A program made the position numbers and the translations under genes. A DNA stretch of 64,000 nucleotides from the sequence record MZ574432.2, one strand, 5' to 3'. The notes beneath the pieces were generated by a model. That model searched no databases. It saw only the letters and a list, made by a program, of their open reading frames with translations, and was not told where the DNA came from. This document shows positions 1 to 9,202 of the stretch, one piece after another (position 1 is the first letter of the stretch; every line of letters begins with the position of its first letter).

Positions 1-63
1 CTCAACCACGCCAAGAAGAACCGCACCCGCTACGGCAGCCGCAAGATCACCAAGCATACCTGA
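1..63 (+). CDS. 3' end of a gene truncated by the window edge
   Basis: Open frame LNHAKKNRTRYGSRKITKHT ending in TGA at 61-63, overlapping the next ATG (TGATG coupling). Confidence 0.6.
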   Translation, partial: LNHAKKNRTRYGSRKITKHT

Positions 64-503
64 TGAGCACCCTGGCCTACAAAGACGGCGTCCTGGCCGC
101 AGACACTCGCGTCACCGACGGAGGTGTCATTGTCGGCTCGGTGTCCAAAATCCGCCGTGTCGGACCGGTCCTGATCGCTGGCTGCGGGGACCTGCTGGAC
201 TTGGAACGTTTCCACGTCTGGGTGAAGGCGGGCCTGGAGGATGGCTTTGCAGTGGAAGACAGTGAGTGCTGGTTGATCGCACCGGGCCACCCGTTTCTGG
301 TCTTCGAGGCCACGGGCTTTCTGAGCCTGGAGGCGCCGTTTCATGCGGCGGGCTCGGGCGGCAAGTTCGCGCGCGGCGCCCTGTCGATGGGCGCAGATGC
401 GGTTGAGGCGATCCGATGCGCTCAGCAGCACGACACCCTAAGCGGTGGCCCCATCGACGTCCTCTACCTCGACGGCCGCCCCAGTCAACGGCTGGCCATC
501 TGA
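63..503 (+). CDS. HslV/proteasome-beta-like Ntn-hydrolase peptidase
   Basis: Starts MSTLAYKDGVLAADTR and contains AAGSGGKFARGAL and D..SGG, like threonine-nucleophile Ntn hydrolases; paralogue at 49971. Confidence 0.7.
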   Translation: MSTLAYKDGVLAADTRVTDGGVIVGSVSKIRRVGPVLIAGCGDLLDLERFHVWVKAGLEDGFAVEDSECWLIAPGHPFLVFEATGFLSLEAPFHAAGSGGKFARGALSMGADAVEAIRCAQQHDTLSGGPIDVLYLDGRPSQRLAI

Positions 504-622
504 CTTTGCGGCCTGTGGGCTGCGTTAACCATGTTTGTTTACCCTCTTCGCCGCGTTAACCTTAACAAAATCCCAGGTAGTACCCGGTATGGCCGGTACT
601 ACCGGCGGTAATACCGGAGAAA

Positions 623-1159
623 ATGCCCGTGCTTCGCTATCTGAGCGCCCTTTTCGACCACATCGTCCACTACAAGCTCGCCCCCGCCCACCTGAAGGTG
701 GAGAACCAGTACGCCCTGGAGCGCCTCAAGGCCGTCGACCGCGAGATCGCCGCTGGCCGCTATGAGGGCGCCGACCTCTATGGCTCGCGCTCCTGGACCT
801 TCTGGCGCCTGAGCCCCACCGAGCGGCTCAAGCGCGCCAACAAGGCCATCGAAGGCCGCTATGGCCGCTTCCACGCCGGCGTCAATCTGGCCGCCCCGAT
901 CACCCCGGCCCGCCCTGACGCGCGCGATCGCCGCGTCCTGGGTCACAACGCCGCCTATGACGCCGATCTGGTCCTGGGCTTTCACGATGCGCGTGAGGCC
1001 GTCGATGTCGCCCCCGCCCACATCGAGCGCTATCCACGCTACAGCGAACTGCCCGCGTCCCTGCCGGCCCACCTCGACAAGGACAGCTTCCTGGACTCCC
1101 ATCCAGCCGACACCGGCGGGGACCCGTTCGCCTTGGCCTCGGGGACCCTGGCCAAATAG
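623..1159 (+). CDS. hypothetical protein (178 aa)
   Basis: ORF with GGAG Shine-Dalgarno (SD) upstream and phage-like codon usage. Confidence 0.75.
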   Translation: MPVLRYLSALFDHIVHYKLAPAHLKVENQYALERLKAVDREIAAGRYEGADLYGSRSWTFWRLSPTERLKRANKAIEGRYGRFHAGVNLAAPITPARPDARDRRVLGHNAAYDADLVLGFHDAREAVDVAPAHIERYPRYSELPASLPAHLDKDSFLDSHPADTGGDPFALASGTLAK

Positions 1160-1219
1160 CGTCAGGGACCCTGGCCAAATCACGTCGGGGACCCTGGCCC
1201 AAACCGGTCAGGGACCCTG
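1141..1219. repeat. four ~23-bp-period direct repeats GGGACCCTGGCCAAA
   Basis: Copies begin near 1142, 1165, 1188 and 1210 (the last is degenerate). Confidence 0.85.
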
Positions 1220-1243
1220 CGACTTTTCGTTTCCAAGGCCGCC

Positions 1244-1381
1244 ATGAATTACCTGCCCATCCTCGCCTTCTGCGCCACCCTGATCGTCCTGACCCTGGTC
1301 TGCGCCTCCTTGCGCCTGTTCCGCGCCCAGGGCGATCTGCACACGCTCGCCCACGATCTGGCCGGCCTACCCCGGTCATAG
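1244..1381 (+). CDS. small membrane protein (45 aa)
   Basis: Manual translation MNYLPILAFCATLIVLTLVCASLRLFRAQG...; hydrophobic N-terminal half. Confidence 0.55.
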   Translation: MNYLPILAFCATLIVLTLVCASLRLFRAQGDLHTLAHDLAGLPRS

Positions 1382-1455
1382 TTCAGGGCAATCATGACAG
1401 GGTTTGATTTCATTGAGGAATTTCGGCCGCTGTCATCTTTCAGAGTGTTTCACGC

Positions 1456-1596
1456 ATGCCCCGCGCCCTCGAAATCCACCCATTTTGGGCGAAATCGCTC
1501 GATCTCCTGATCTGGACCATCGCCTGGATCATGCTGGCCAAGGACGAGGTGCTCGGACCACCCACCAAGAGGCCGTGGTTGTCAAGACCCGCCTGA
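1456..1596 (+). CDS. small putative membrane protein (46 aa)
   Basis: Manual translation MPRALEIHPFWAKSLDLLIWTIAWIMLAKDEVLGPP... Confidence 0.4.
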   Translation: MPRALEIHPFWAKSLDLLIWTIAWIMLAKDEVLGPPTKRPWLSRPA

Positions 1597-1987
1597 AATC
1601 GTGTCATAGATGGGCGGATTCGTGACAGAGTGGGCGAAAATAAACCCAAAAAGCCTACCAAGGCCCTGAAATCACAGCGAGAATCCTATTCTCCGCCGTT
1701 TCTGCGGCGATTGGGCCGCCTATTCGCCGCATGTCGCCCCCGATGGCGCCGTACCGCAGCGCTTGACACGCCATTCGCCGCCGATTAGACGAAAGGCTCG
1801 GGACCGGCGAGGGGATGTCCACCCTCTCGCGCAGGACCTGCCCTGGAGCTAGGCTTAAGCCGCCTTCTAGCCTCGCGCTCCAGGGGACCTCGTCGAGCGG
1901 CAGGCCCCCATGCAGAGCCGCTCGACCCTGACGCCCGCCCTGGCCGCCCCCCGCGCGCCTCGGCGGGCGTCTTGCATTTGGGACCTT

Positions 1988-2230
1988 AACTTGACGTCGG
2001 ATCATTTCCCCCAGGCGCCGGGCCGGCCGATGTCGACGATCCTCGACATTGACAGGTGTCACCGATCGTCGACTTGACGTCGGATCATTTCGCCCAGACT
2101 TGACGCAAGCGCATTTTGCCGGGCGACTTGACGCGAGCGCATTTTTCAAATTTGACGCGAACGCATTTCGAATTTGACGCGCAAGCATTTCGTTTCCAAA
2201 CTTGACTTGACGTCATTTCATTTCTTGACC
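1988..2230. repeat. iteron-like direct repeats (C/T)TTGACG...CATTT
   Basis: About seven copies, e.g. CTTGACGTCGGATCATTT (twice), CTTGACGCAAGCGCATTT, CTTGACGCGAGCGCATTT, TTTGACGCGAACGCATTT, TTTGACGCGCAAGCATTT. Confidence 0.75.
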
Positions 2231-2251
2231 TGACCGCGTTCCGATTCCCCT

Positions 2252-2527
2252 GGTTAACGAAGAAGGTTAACGGCCGGTTAACCATTGGGCCGTTAGGGTT
2301 AATTTTTAGGGTTAACACCCATGGTAAACAAACATGGTTAACGCGCCTTAAGGTTAACCGTTAGGGTTAATGCGCGTTAAGGTTAACGCCCTTAGGGTAA
2401 AGGGGCCGTTAGGGTTAACGCCCAGGCCCGCAGCGTTAAGGTTAACCCCGCCAGGGCGCGCGTTAGGGTTAATCCCGAGGCCCTGAGGCGTTAAGGTTAA
2501 CGAAAAGGGCCAAAAATTAGGGTTAAG
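2252..2527. promoter_or_regulatory. dense array of TTA(A/G)GGTTAA motifs (CtrA-like boxes and half-sites)
   Basis: More than 10 copies; includes TTAA-CGGCCGG-TTAA and TTAACCAT half-sites. Confidence 0.75.
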
Positions 2528-2842
2528 ACGCGGAAAATCGCCCAAAATCCACGATTTTGGGGTCAAAATGGCCATTTTTAGCGGTTTTTCGGCCGATTTT
2601 GGGCCTTCTAGCCCGTTTTTGGGTTAATTTCGGCGAGTCGCCCGGTTTTGGGTGTGCCCTGAGCGGCGGCGCGCGACCTGTCGTGATCCCAGGTCGCGCG
2701 CGGGTCAATGCAGGAGCCAGAGCAGGAACGCCAGCGTCAGCAGTGACCATCCGTTCAAAAGCTTCAGGCGCTCGCCTCCTTGGTTGCCGTGGCCGCTCGC
2801 CACGTTCAGACCCTAGCGCATAAGAAAAGTGTTGCCAAGCCC

Positions 2843-2882
2843 AACAATGCAGTTGACAGCATAATTCTGCTATGCGACAAAG
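2843..2882 (+). promoter_or_regulatory. early-type promoter motif TTGAC-N1-2-GCAT-N9-ATGCGAC (first copy)
   Basis: GTTGACAGCATAATTCTGCTATGCGACAA, followed by GAGGAG and a start codon. Confidence 0.75.
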
Positions 2883-2908
2883 GCTCATCGAAACGAGGAG
2901 CCGCCCAC

Positions 2909-3049
2909 ATGTGGGAAGTCAAGACCTTCAAGACCCGCCTCGCCAAGGAGGCCTGGATCGCCCGCAATGAGGCGCGTTACCAGATCGTCGAGATCGTGGT
3001 CGCCAACGCCTACGGCGTCGAATTCAAGCCCCTGCGACGCATCGGCTAG
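2909..3049 (+). CDS. early hypothetical protein (46 aa)
   Basis: MWEVKTFKTRLAKEAW...; GAGGAG SD. Confidence 0.75.
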   Translation: MWEVKTFKTRLAKEAWIARNEARYQIVEIVVANAYGVEFKPLRRIG

Positions 3050-3067
3050 ACACGAAAGGAAAGCCCC

Positions 3068-3259
3068 ATGATTCCGCCCGAGGTCCTCAACCCGCGCGAC
3101 TACTGGACCCCCATCGCCACGCGTCAGAAAGCCGAGGCCCTCGCCGAACGCTACGCGGTGGACGACTACGAGGCGCCCGGAACCTACACCGTCGAAGAAA
3201 AGGGCGCGGCCTTCGCCATCGCCTATTACGAAGACGGCGAATTCATCGCCTACGTCTAG
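3068..3259 (+). CDS. early hypothetical protein (63 aa)
   Basis: AAGGA SD; followed by a terminator. Confidence 0.75.
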   Translation: MIPPEVLNPRDYWTPIATRQKAEALAERYAVDDYEAPGTYTVEEKGAAFAIAYYEDGEFIAYV

Positions 3260-3265
3260 GCCAGA

Positions 3266-3446
3266 CCCGGCGCCCCCTCCCCAGGGCGCCGGGTTTTTCC
3301 TGGCGCCCAGCCGTTAAGGTTAACCCGGCGTTAAGGTTAACGCCCCATTAGGGTTAACGCCGCGTTAGGGTTAATCGGCCATTAACCCTCCAGGCGAAAA
3401 TAGTGCAAGAAAGCGGTTGACTGCATATCAGGCCTATGCGACAAGA
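3266..3446 (+). promoter_or_regulatory. cassette control element: terminator + four tandem CtrA-like boxes + early promoter
   Basis: CCCGGCGCCC..GGGCGCCGGG-T5 hairpin; TTAA-N7-TTA(A/G) four times at 17-bp period (3312-3386); GCAAGAAAGCGGTTGACTGCAT..TATGCGAC. Confidence 0.8.
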
Positions 3447-3472
3447 GGGCGTCCCCAACGAGGAGGCCTCTC

Positions 3473-4108
3473 ATGGCTCTGCCGGAACACCTTTTCATCG
3501 CCGATCACGGCGACCTCTACGATACCCGCGTCGAAGGCTGGAGCGCCAAGGCGCCCCTGCGCCGCGCCTATCGCGTCGCCCTGCCCAAAATCGAGAGCAT
3601 GGGCCACGTCAAGGCCGCGCTGCGCTATGGCGACACGACTGACCTGGGCGGCTATCCGCTCTACTTCGTCACGCGCGATGGCGCGGCGCTGTCGTTCGAG
3701 AGCGCCCGCAAGATGCTCTATCAGATCGCGCTCGACTTCCAAGCCGACGCCTCGACCGGCTGGCGCATCGCCGCCGTCCAGATCAACTATGAGGACGGCG
3801 ACTTGCGTTGCGATCATAGTGGCGAGCGCATCCCCTGCGCCTACAATGACCCCGAAGTCATGGCCTGGGCGAGCGGCTCCAACGTGTCGGGCTTCATGCC
3901 GGACAACGAGCCTTCCCATCATGCGACCTGGGAAGAGGCCCGCGACGCGCTCAAGCAAGACATCGAATTCGCGCGCGAGGCCTGCGAGGAGGGGAGCGAG
4001 GAGGACGGCCAATTCGCCCACGTCCTCGACGTCCTGGCCACGCTCCAAGAGGGCGCGGAATTCAACTACGGCGCCAACGGTTACCGTTGGTGGGTCGAAA
4101 AGCTCTAG
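3473..4108 (+). CDS. early hypothetical protein (211 aa)
   Basis: GAGGAGG SD; GGYPLYF and CDHSGERIPCAY motifs typical of conserved phage hypothetical proteins. Confidence 0.8.
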   Translation: MALPEHLFIADHGDLYDTRVEGWSAKAPLRRAYRVALPKIESMGHVKAALRYGDTTDLGGYPLYFVTRDGAALSFESARKMLYQIALDFQADASTGWRIAAVQINYEDGDLRCDHSGERIPCAYNDPEVMAWASGSNVSGFMPDNEPSHHATWEEARDALKQDIEFAREACEEGSEEDGQFAHVLDVLATLQEGAEFNYGANGYRWWVEKL

Positions 4109-4122
4109 CGAAAGGAACGCCC

Positions 4123-4269
4123 ATGTTCATCCTGATTGTCGGCAATCCCGTCGATGGCTACGCCTATTATGGTCCCTTCCATGACCATGACGATGCGACC
4201 AACTATGCCGAGAACACCGGCACGGAAGGAAACCCTTGGTGGGTCGCGCCGCTTGAAGAGGCCGAGTAA
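4123..4269 (+). CDS. early hypothetical protein (48 aa)
   Basis: MFILIVGNPVDGYAYYGPF; AAGGA SD. Confidence 0.75.
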   Translation: MFILIVGNPVDGYAYYGPFHDHDDATNYAENTGTEGNPWWVAPLEEAE

Positions 4270-4306
4270 CCCCGCGATCTAAACCCCCTTTAAGAGGAGA
4301 CCGCCC

Positions 4307-4609
4307 ATGGGCGCCGACTGTTTTGTGACCACCGCCAAGGGCAAGAACGCCAAGGAAGCGTTTCGCGACGCCGTGGACGAAGCCCAGTATAAATATGGCC
4401 ATGGTGGCTATACCGGAACCATCGCCGAAAAGCACGAATTCGCCATGGACAAGGGTTTCAAGCCCGACCCCGCGAGCGAAAAGACGGTGATCGAGCAAGC
4501 CCAAGACTACGCCTGGACCAAGGTCGAGGACGAAGACAAATATGGGCCTGCCGTGTGCCTGGACCTGGGCGAAGGTCAATTCCTGTTCTACGGCGTCGCC
4601 AAATGCTAG
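4307..4609 (+). CDS. early hypothetical protein (100 aa)
   Basis: GAGGAG SD; YGHGGYTGTIAEK motif. Confidence 0.8.
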   Translation: MGADCFVTTAKGKNAKEAFRDAVDEAQYKYGHGGYTGTIAEKHEFAMDKGFKPDPASEKTVIEQAQDYAWTKVEDEDKYGPAVCLDLGEGQFLFYGVAKC

Positions 4610-4614
4610 GCGAG

Positions 4615-4763
4615 TCCAGGCCTTCGCGGCCTGGGCTTTGCCCTCCCGCCGGCGTTAACCTTAACGCGGCATTAGGGTTAACGCCGGCCGCCCAGGCTGT
4701 TAACCACCTTGCGAAAATAGTGCAAGAAAGCTGTTGACTGCATCAAAGCCCCATGCGACAAGA
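4615..4763 (+). promoter_or_regulatory. cassette control element (terminator, CtrA-like palindrome, promoter)
   Basis: GTTAACCTTAAC-GCGGC-ATTAGGGTTAAC; GCAAGAAAGCTGTTGACTGCAT..CATGCGAC. Confidence 0.8.
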
Positions 4764-4787
4764 GGTCATCGAAACGGGAGACACCCC

Positions 4788-5339
4788 ATGACCGACAAGA
4801 CCACCGACCTGCTCTATCCGCAAACCCTGCTGGCCCAGAACCTGCCGGGTCGCCCCGGCATGCTGCCGGCCTGGATCGTGCTGCGCGACATGGGGCCGAA
4901 ATCCCATCACCGCTACGTCACCCATATGCGGCTCGAATATCCGGCCATTGACGAGGCCGGCCCGAAATACGGCTTTGACCATGGCCATTATTTCGCCGAC
5001 CTGCGCGAGGCGATCGAAGACTATAGCCAGCGCTGCGCCGATAAGGTCATGAGCGCCATGCGCCAAGCCTACGACGTACCGCGCGCGCCGGACAAGCCGC
5101 GCACCGTGACCCTGCCGCTGGGCGTGGTCCAGGCCGCCTATGGCCTGATCGACGGCAACACCTTCGACCTCAACGCCGCCACCGAGGACAAGGACTTGGT
5201 GAACGCCACCGAGGAGGCGCTTCGCGAGGCCCTGGGCTCCGATCGCTTTTTCCGCGATGTCGAAGCCGCCTCCAAGGCGCTCGCCGACGCCTACCGCGCC
5301 GCCAATCAACCGCCGGCCGAGGAGACCGCCCATGGCTGA
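4788..5339 (+). CDS. early hypothetical protein (183 aa)
   Basis: Start reassigned to MTDKTT after the conserved leader AACGGGAGACACCCC. Confidence 0.8.
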   Translation: MTDKTTDLLYPQTLLAQNLPGRPGMLPAWIVLRDMGPKSHHRYVTHMRLEYPAIDEAGPKYGFDHGHYFADLREAIEDYSQRCADKVMSAMRQAYDVPRAPDKPRTVTLPLGVVQAAYGLIDGNTFDLNAATEDKDLVNATEEALREALGSDRFFRDVEAASKALADAYRAANQPPAEETAHG

Positions 5340-5847
5340 TTATGAGGCCTATGTGGTCTTGGACAAGCGCCGTCGCCATGTGGCGACGGTGACGTTCAAA
5401 TTCACCGAAAGCCAAGTGACGGCCACCGTCGTCACGCCGTGGTCGGCGCCGGAGTCCCTGGCGCGCATCGCCAAGGTCAAGGGCTGGGTGATCGATCAAA
5501 ACCGGCTCATCGATCCTGCGACCGGCAAGGCCGTGGCCTATGTCTCCAAGGTCCAGGAGCAGACCGGCAAGGCCGGCGGCTACGGCTACGACAAGCGCGC
5601 CGCCTCGCTCGCCGGCCTCTATGTCGATGGCCACGAGATGGGCGACCATTCGTCCAGCCTCGGCGCCCCGAAAAAGCCCAAAGGCGCCGACCTCTACCCG
5701 GCCGACTTCACCCCGCCCAAGGGCTACCGGCTGGCCAACTACCAGAGCGCCACCGAGACCAAGGAAGCCGGCTATATGTCGTGTTTCCGCGAGCAAGGGC
5801 TGAACTACCTGACCGCCCTGGGCTACGACGTTATCCAGGCGCTCTAA
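5332..5847 (+). CDS. early hypothetical protein (171 aa)
   Basis: Start MADYEAY with GAGGAG SD; GKAGGYGYDK motif. Confidence 0.8.
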   Translation: MADYEAYVVLDKRRRHVATVTFKFTESQVTATVVTPWSAPESLARIAKVKGWVIDQNRLIDPATGKAVAYVSKVQEQTGKAGGYGYDKRAASLAGLYVDGHEMGDHSSSLGAPKKPKGADLYPADFTPPKGYRLANYQSATETKEAGYMSCFREQGLNYLTALGYDVIQAL

Positions 5848-5852
5848 GGCGA

Positions 5853-6016
5853 AGGCCCGCCACACCGGCGGGCTTTCTGCTGGCCCTAGGCGTTAACCTT
5901 AACCGGGCGTTAGGGTTAACGGGGCGTAAACAAACATGGTTAACGCGGCCCATGGTCAGCCCAGGCGAAAAGGTGCAAGAAAGCTGTTGACAGCATTTCG
6001 ACCCCATGCGACAAGG
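5853..6016 (+). promoter_or_regulatory. cassette control element (terminator, CtrA-like palindrome, promoter)
   Basis: GCCCGCC..GGCGGGC-TTT; GTTAACCTTAACCGGGCGTTAGGGTTAAC; ATGGTTAA half-site; promoter motif. Confidence 0.8.
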
Positions 6017-6062
6017 GGGCTCCAAACAACGCCAACGCCCCAAGCGGGCAGGGAGACACCCC

Positions 6063-6644
6063 ATGGCCCTGGTCACCGAATCCTTCGCCGTCGACATCGA
6101 CTGCACCCGCGCCCTGACCCCTGCCGAGCGGCGCGGTCTGGCCGCCGCCATCGCCCATCTGCTGGCCATCAACATCGATAAGGTCGAGCCCGAGCCGGGC
6201 GGCTACCTGACCGCCAATATCGGCCGCGTTCGCCCGGCCGGCATGACCGGCGAGGCCGGCCGCGAGGCGCGGATCAGGACCGAGGCCCTGACCAGCCTCG
6301 ACCATGACGCCCCGGTCGCCCTGACCCTGGAGTGTGGCGGCAGCGTCGATGTCATCGCCCGCTTCTACACCATGGCCGACGCCGAAACCTACCTCAACGA
6401 AAACCCGGAAATCGACCCGGTGTCGCTGAACCTGGGCTGCTACGGCATCGACGCCCCCTATGGCGTGGCCAGCGACGCCGACGCTGATAAGCTGCTCTAC
6501 GACCTGGGCTATCGCCTGCACGCCACGGCCGGCGGCTCCTGGACCTTCACCGACCCGAAGGGCTATCTCTGGGACGGCGGCGCCAAGCGTGAGGCCGTGG
6601 TCATGATCGCCCTGGCGCAAGCCGCCCAAATCGAGGAGGCGTAA
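6063..6644 (+). CDS. early hypothetical protein (193 aa)
   Basis: Start MALVTESF after GGGAGACACCCC. Confidence 0.8.
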   Translation: MALVTESFAVDIDCTRALTPAERRGLAAAIAHLLAINIDKVEPEPGGYLTANIGRVRPAGMTGEAGREARIRTEALTSLDHDAPVALTLECGGSVDVIARFYTMADAETYLNENPEIDPVSLNLGCYGIDAPYGVASDADADKLLYDLGYRLHATAGGSWTFTDPKGYLWDGGAKREAVVMIALAQAAQIEEA

Positions 6645-6649
6645 ACGCC

Positions 6650-7075
6650 ATGACCCGCTATTCGATCATGGTCGAGGTCCAGACCCTCGCCGACAGCGAA
6701 ACCCAGGCCCGCAAGGACGTTGAATTCGCCATCATTGAGGGCCGGTTCCCCGAGCACATGAATTGGATGGTTCGCCAGAGCGCCCCTTGCGCCGGCGAGA
6801 CCGTCCAGGCCGATGACACCCCCACCCGCTGGGCGACCTTTGTCGGTCAAGCCTGGGTCCAGGGCCACAGCATGGAGGTGGACGACGCGCGCGTGCGCTA
6901 CGGGATCACCGACGCCGAATTCAACGCCAATGGCGGCGATGAGCCCGCCGACTTCGACGCCCTGGCCCAAGCCGCCCGCGCCCCGCAATGGGTCAAGGAC
7001 TGGTCAGGCCCGTTCGACGTCTATATTTCCGACATCGAGGACGGGGAAGACCCCGAGGAAGTGCGCCAGCTATGA
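6650..7075 (+). CDS. early hypothetical protein (141 aa)
   Basis: GAGGAGG SD. Confidence 0.8.
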   Translation: MTRYSIMVEVQTLADSETQARKDVEFAIIEGRFPEHMNWMVRQSAPCAGETVQADDTPTRWATFVGQAWVQGHSMEVDDARVRYGITDAEFNANGGDEPADFDALAQAARAPQWVKDWSGPFDVYISDIEDGEDPEEVRQL

Positions 7076-7623
7076 AACGCCGCCACAGCCTTTATTTGCT
7101 GGTGATCAACACCGGCCCCCTGGTGATCCTCCAGGCGCCGGCCGATTTCCTGCGCTGGGACATCCACCGCGCCGCCATCCTGCGCATGATGCGCCGTGAC
7201 CATGGCGTCAAGGCCAAGGACGTTCACGCCATCGAAGGCCTCGCCGGCTCGCCCTACGGCGCCGACGATGACCGCGAGGCCCTGGGCAAGCTCAAGGAAA
7301 CCTTCGCGGGCCTGCGCCACGGCTTCGCCGCCTTCCACCTCTACACCTGGGACGGCAAGGACTATCAGCCCTTGCGCGAGCCCCTGACGCGCCCGCAAGG
7401 CCTTGTTCGCCTCCTAGGCCCCTATCCGCCGCCGAGCGGCGTCTATGGGCCGCACGCGCGCAAGACCGCCTCCCACGTCTATCAGGTCTTCAACGCCGAT
7501 GGCGTCAAGCTGGTGGGCGGCTCGTTCGGCCCCGATCCTGACGCGGCCCTGGCCTATGCCCGCGCCCAAGCCGCCGCCAAGGGCTACCCTGACCCGGCGG
7601 TCGAGATCGTCACCCCGAATTAA
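7072..7623 (+). CDS. early hypothetical protein (183 aa)
   Basis: ATGA overlap with the upstream stop; MKRRHSLYLL. Confidence 0.75.
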   Translation: MKRRHSLYLLVINTGPLVILQAPADFLRWDIHRAAILRMMRRDHGVKAKDVHAIEGLAGSPYGADDDREALGKLKETFAGLRHGFAAFHLYTWDGKDYQPLREPLTRPQGLVRLLGPYPPPSGVYGPHARKTASHVYQVFNADGVKLVGGSFGPDPDAALAYARAQAAAKGYPDPAVEIVTPN

Positions 7624-7666
7624 ATGCAAGAAAACTGTTGACAGCCTTTCGGGGCCATGCGAGAAC
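7624..7666 (+). promoter_or_regulatory. early promoter motif without a CtrA-like box
   Basis: GCAAGAAAACTGTTGACAGCCT..CATGCGAG. Confidence 0.7.
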
Positions 7667-7738
7667 AAGGCTCAAGACGAGACAAGAGACAGCCAAGAGG
7701 AGGACATCATGAAGTAGCGACAATCTGGAGCACACCTC

Positions 7739-8197
7739 ATGAATGTATTCGTCCGCGACGATCTTTTTCAAACCGATCTCGACGAGTGTGGTGACCCGCT
7801 TCTGGGTCGCGTCTTCTACGTCGTTGTCGAGGATCAGAACGGCGCCCGCATCGCCCACGATCGTTGTTTCTACGATCACCGGCGCGTCACCGATGAGGAT
7901 GGCTTCGCCTTCTGGCAAGCCCTCTCTTACGAAGACGTCGCCGCCGAGGAAGCCAAGGCGAAAGCCCTGGCCGCCAAGATCGAGAGCCATCTGGCGCGGG
8001 GCGGCGCCCTGGACCCCGAGCACTGGCGAGACATCGACCCGTGCTATGGCTCCAAGGCCTATGCCGATCTCGACCGGTTCGGCTACTTCCTGGCCAAGGA
8101 ACGGGCCGCCGACCGCGATCGAGGCGAGAACGTCCCTGACAGCCCTTGGGACGGCATCGCCGCCATGGTCGATGGCCCCAACTGGTTCGACCGCTGA
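7739..8197 (+). CDS. early hypothetical protein (152 aa)
   Basis: GGAG SD; DPCYGS.AY motif; preceded by an in-frame ATG-AAG-TAG mini-ORF. Confidence 0.8.
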   Translation: MNVFVRDDLFQTDLDECGDPLLGRVFYVVVEDQNGARIAHDRCFYDHRRVTDEDGFAFWQALSYEDVAAEEAKAKALAAKIESHLARGGALDPEHWRDIDPCYGSKAYADLDRFGYFLAKERAADRDRGENVPDSPWDGIAAMVDGPNWFDR

Positions 8198-8203
8198 TCT
8201 TAA

Positions 8204-8343
8204 GGCCTCGCCACCCGGCGGGGCCTTTTGACCACCGCCTGGGCGTTAACCTTAACCGCCCGTTAGGGTTAACCCCGTCGCGCCCGGCGTTAACCCTGTG
8301 GCGCAAGAAAGCTGTTGACAGCATATCAGCCCCATGCGACAAG
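8204..8343 (+). promoter_or_regulatory. cassette control element
   Basis: Hairpin + T4; GTTAACCTTAACCGCCCGTTAGGGTTAAC; promoter motif. Confidence 0.8.
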
Positions 8344-8370
8344 AGCCCATCACAACGAAGGAGGTCGCCC

Positions 8371-9048
8371 ATGGGCGCCGGCATTTCAAAGACCGCACTG
8401 AACGCCCGCGTTCGGCGCCGCCTGCAAAACTTCGCCCACGCCAACGGTGGGACCTACGCCAAATATCAGGCCCAAGGCGTCAAGGACGGCCTGCCCTGGA
8501 CCAAGGGCGTCAACGTACTTCGCGCCTCCAATGGCGAGACCTTTGGCCTTGACTGCATCGTCATCGGTCAGGGCGAGGCCGCCCGCCCCTACGGCTTTTC
8601 CGACCTCGATAGCGCGATCCTGGCCTATCGCCTGGACGAGGCCGAAACCGGCGCGGCGATCTTCGCGGGCCAGCGCGGCGATTACAAGCGCTTGATCGGC
8701 CGGCGTAGCCCGTTCATCCAGACCTGGGGCTTTGACTATTGCCTCGCCCTGGAGTTGGACGACGGCGGGTTTACGCTCTTTCGCCCGAACGGGACCATGC
8801 TTCCCTTCCGGGGCGAGGCCGCCGACAGTTGGGCGCGTGAGCTTTGGGTTCTGTTGCCCAAGGTCTACCGCCGCCACGACGAGCGCAAGCCGCTCTATCG
8901 CAGCGAGGCGATCGCCCAAGCCCAGGCCCTGGACCTGTGGGCCAGCCAGTTCGCCGACGAGGATTGGACCACCGCCGGGGATGACTGGCGCGGCAAGCCC
9001 GACCACTACAAAGGCCCCCGCAACCTGCCCCACGGCGACCCGCTCTAG
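8371..9048 (+). CDS. early hypothetical protein (225 aa)
   Basis: Start MGAGISK with AAGGAGG SD. Confidence 0.8.
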   Translation: MGAGISKTALNARVRRRLQNFAHANGGTYAKYQAQGVKDGLPWTKGVNVLRASNGETFGLDCIVIGQGEAARPYGFSDLDSAILAYRLDEAETGAAIFAGQRGDYKRLIGRRSPFIQTWGFDYCLALELDDGGFTLFRPNGTMLPFRGEAADSWARELWVLLPKVYRRHDERKPLYRSEAIAQAQALDLWASQFADEDWTTAGDDWRGKPDHYKGPRNLPHGDPL

Positions 9049-9097
9049 CCAGAGGATCACCCAGGCCCCGCGCCTGGGTTCGATCCTTGCCGCGTCC

Positions 9098-9177
9098 GTT
9101 AACCCTAACACGGCGTTAAGGTTGACAAAAATAAATGCAAGAAAGCTGTTGACAGCATCGAAGCCACATGCGACAAG
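9098..9177 (+). promoter_or_regulatory. cassette control element
   Basis: GTTAACCCTAACACGGCGTTAAGGTTGAC; promoter motif. Confidence 0.8.
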
Positions 9178-9202
9178 AGGTCATCGAAACGGGAGACACC
9201 CC

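Noticed and set aside
1600-2840. DnaA boxes supporting an origin
   Set aside because: No convincing TTATCCACA/TGATCCACA match was found, so the origin idea rests only on the repeats and CtrA-like boxes.
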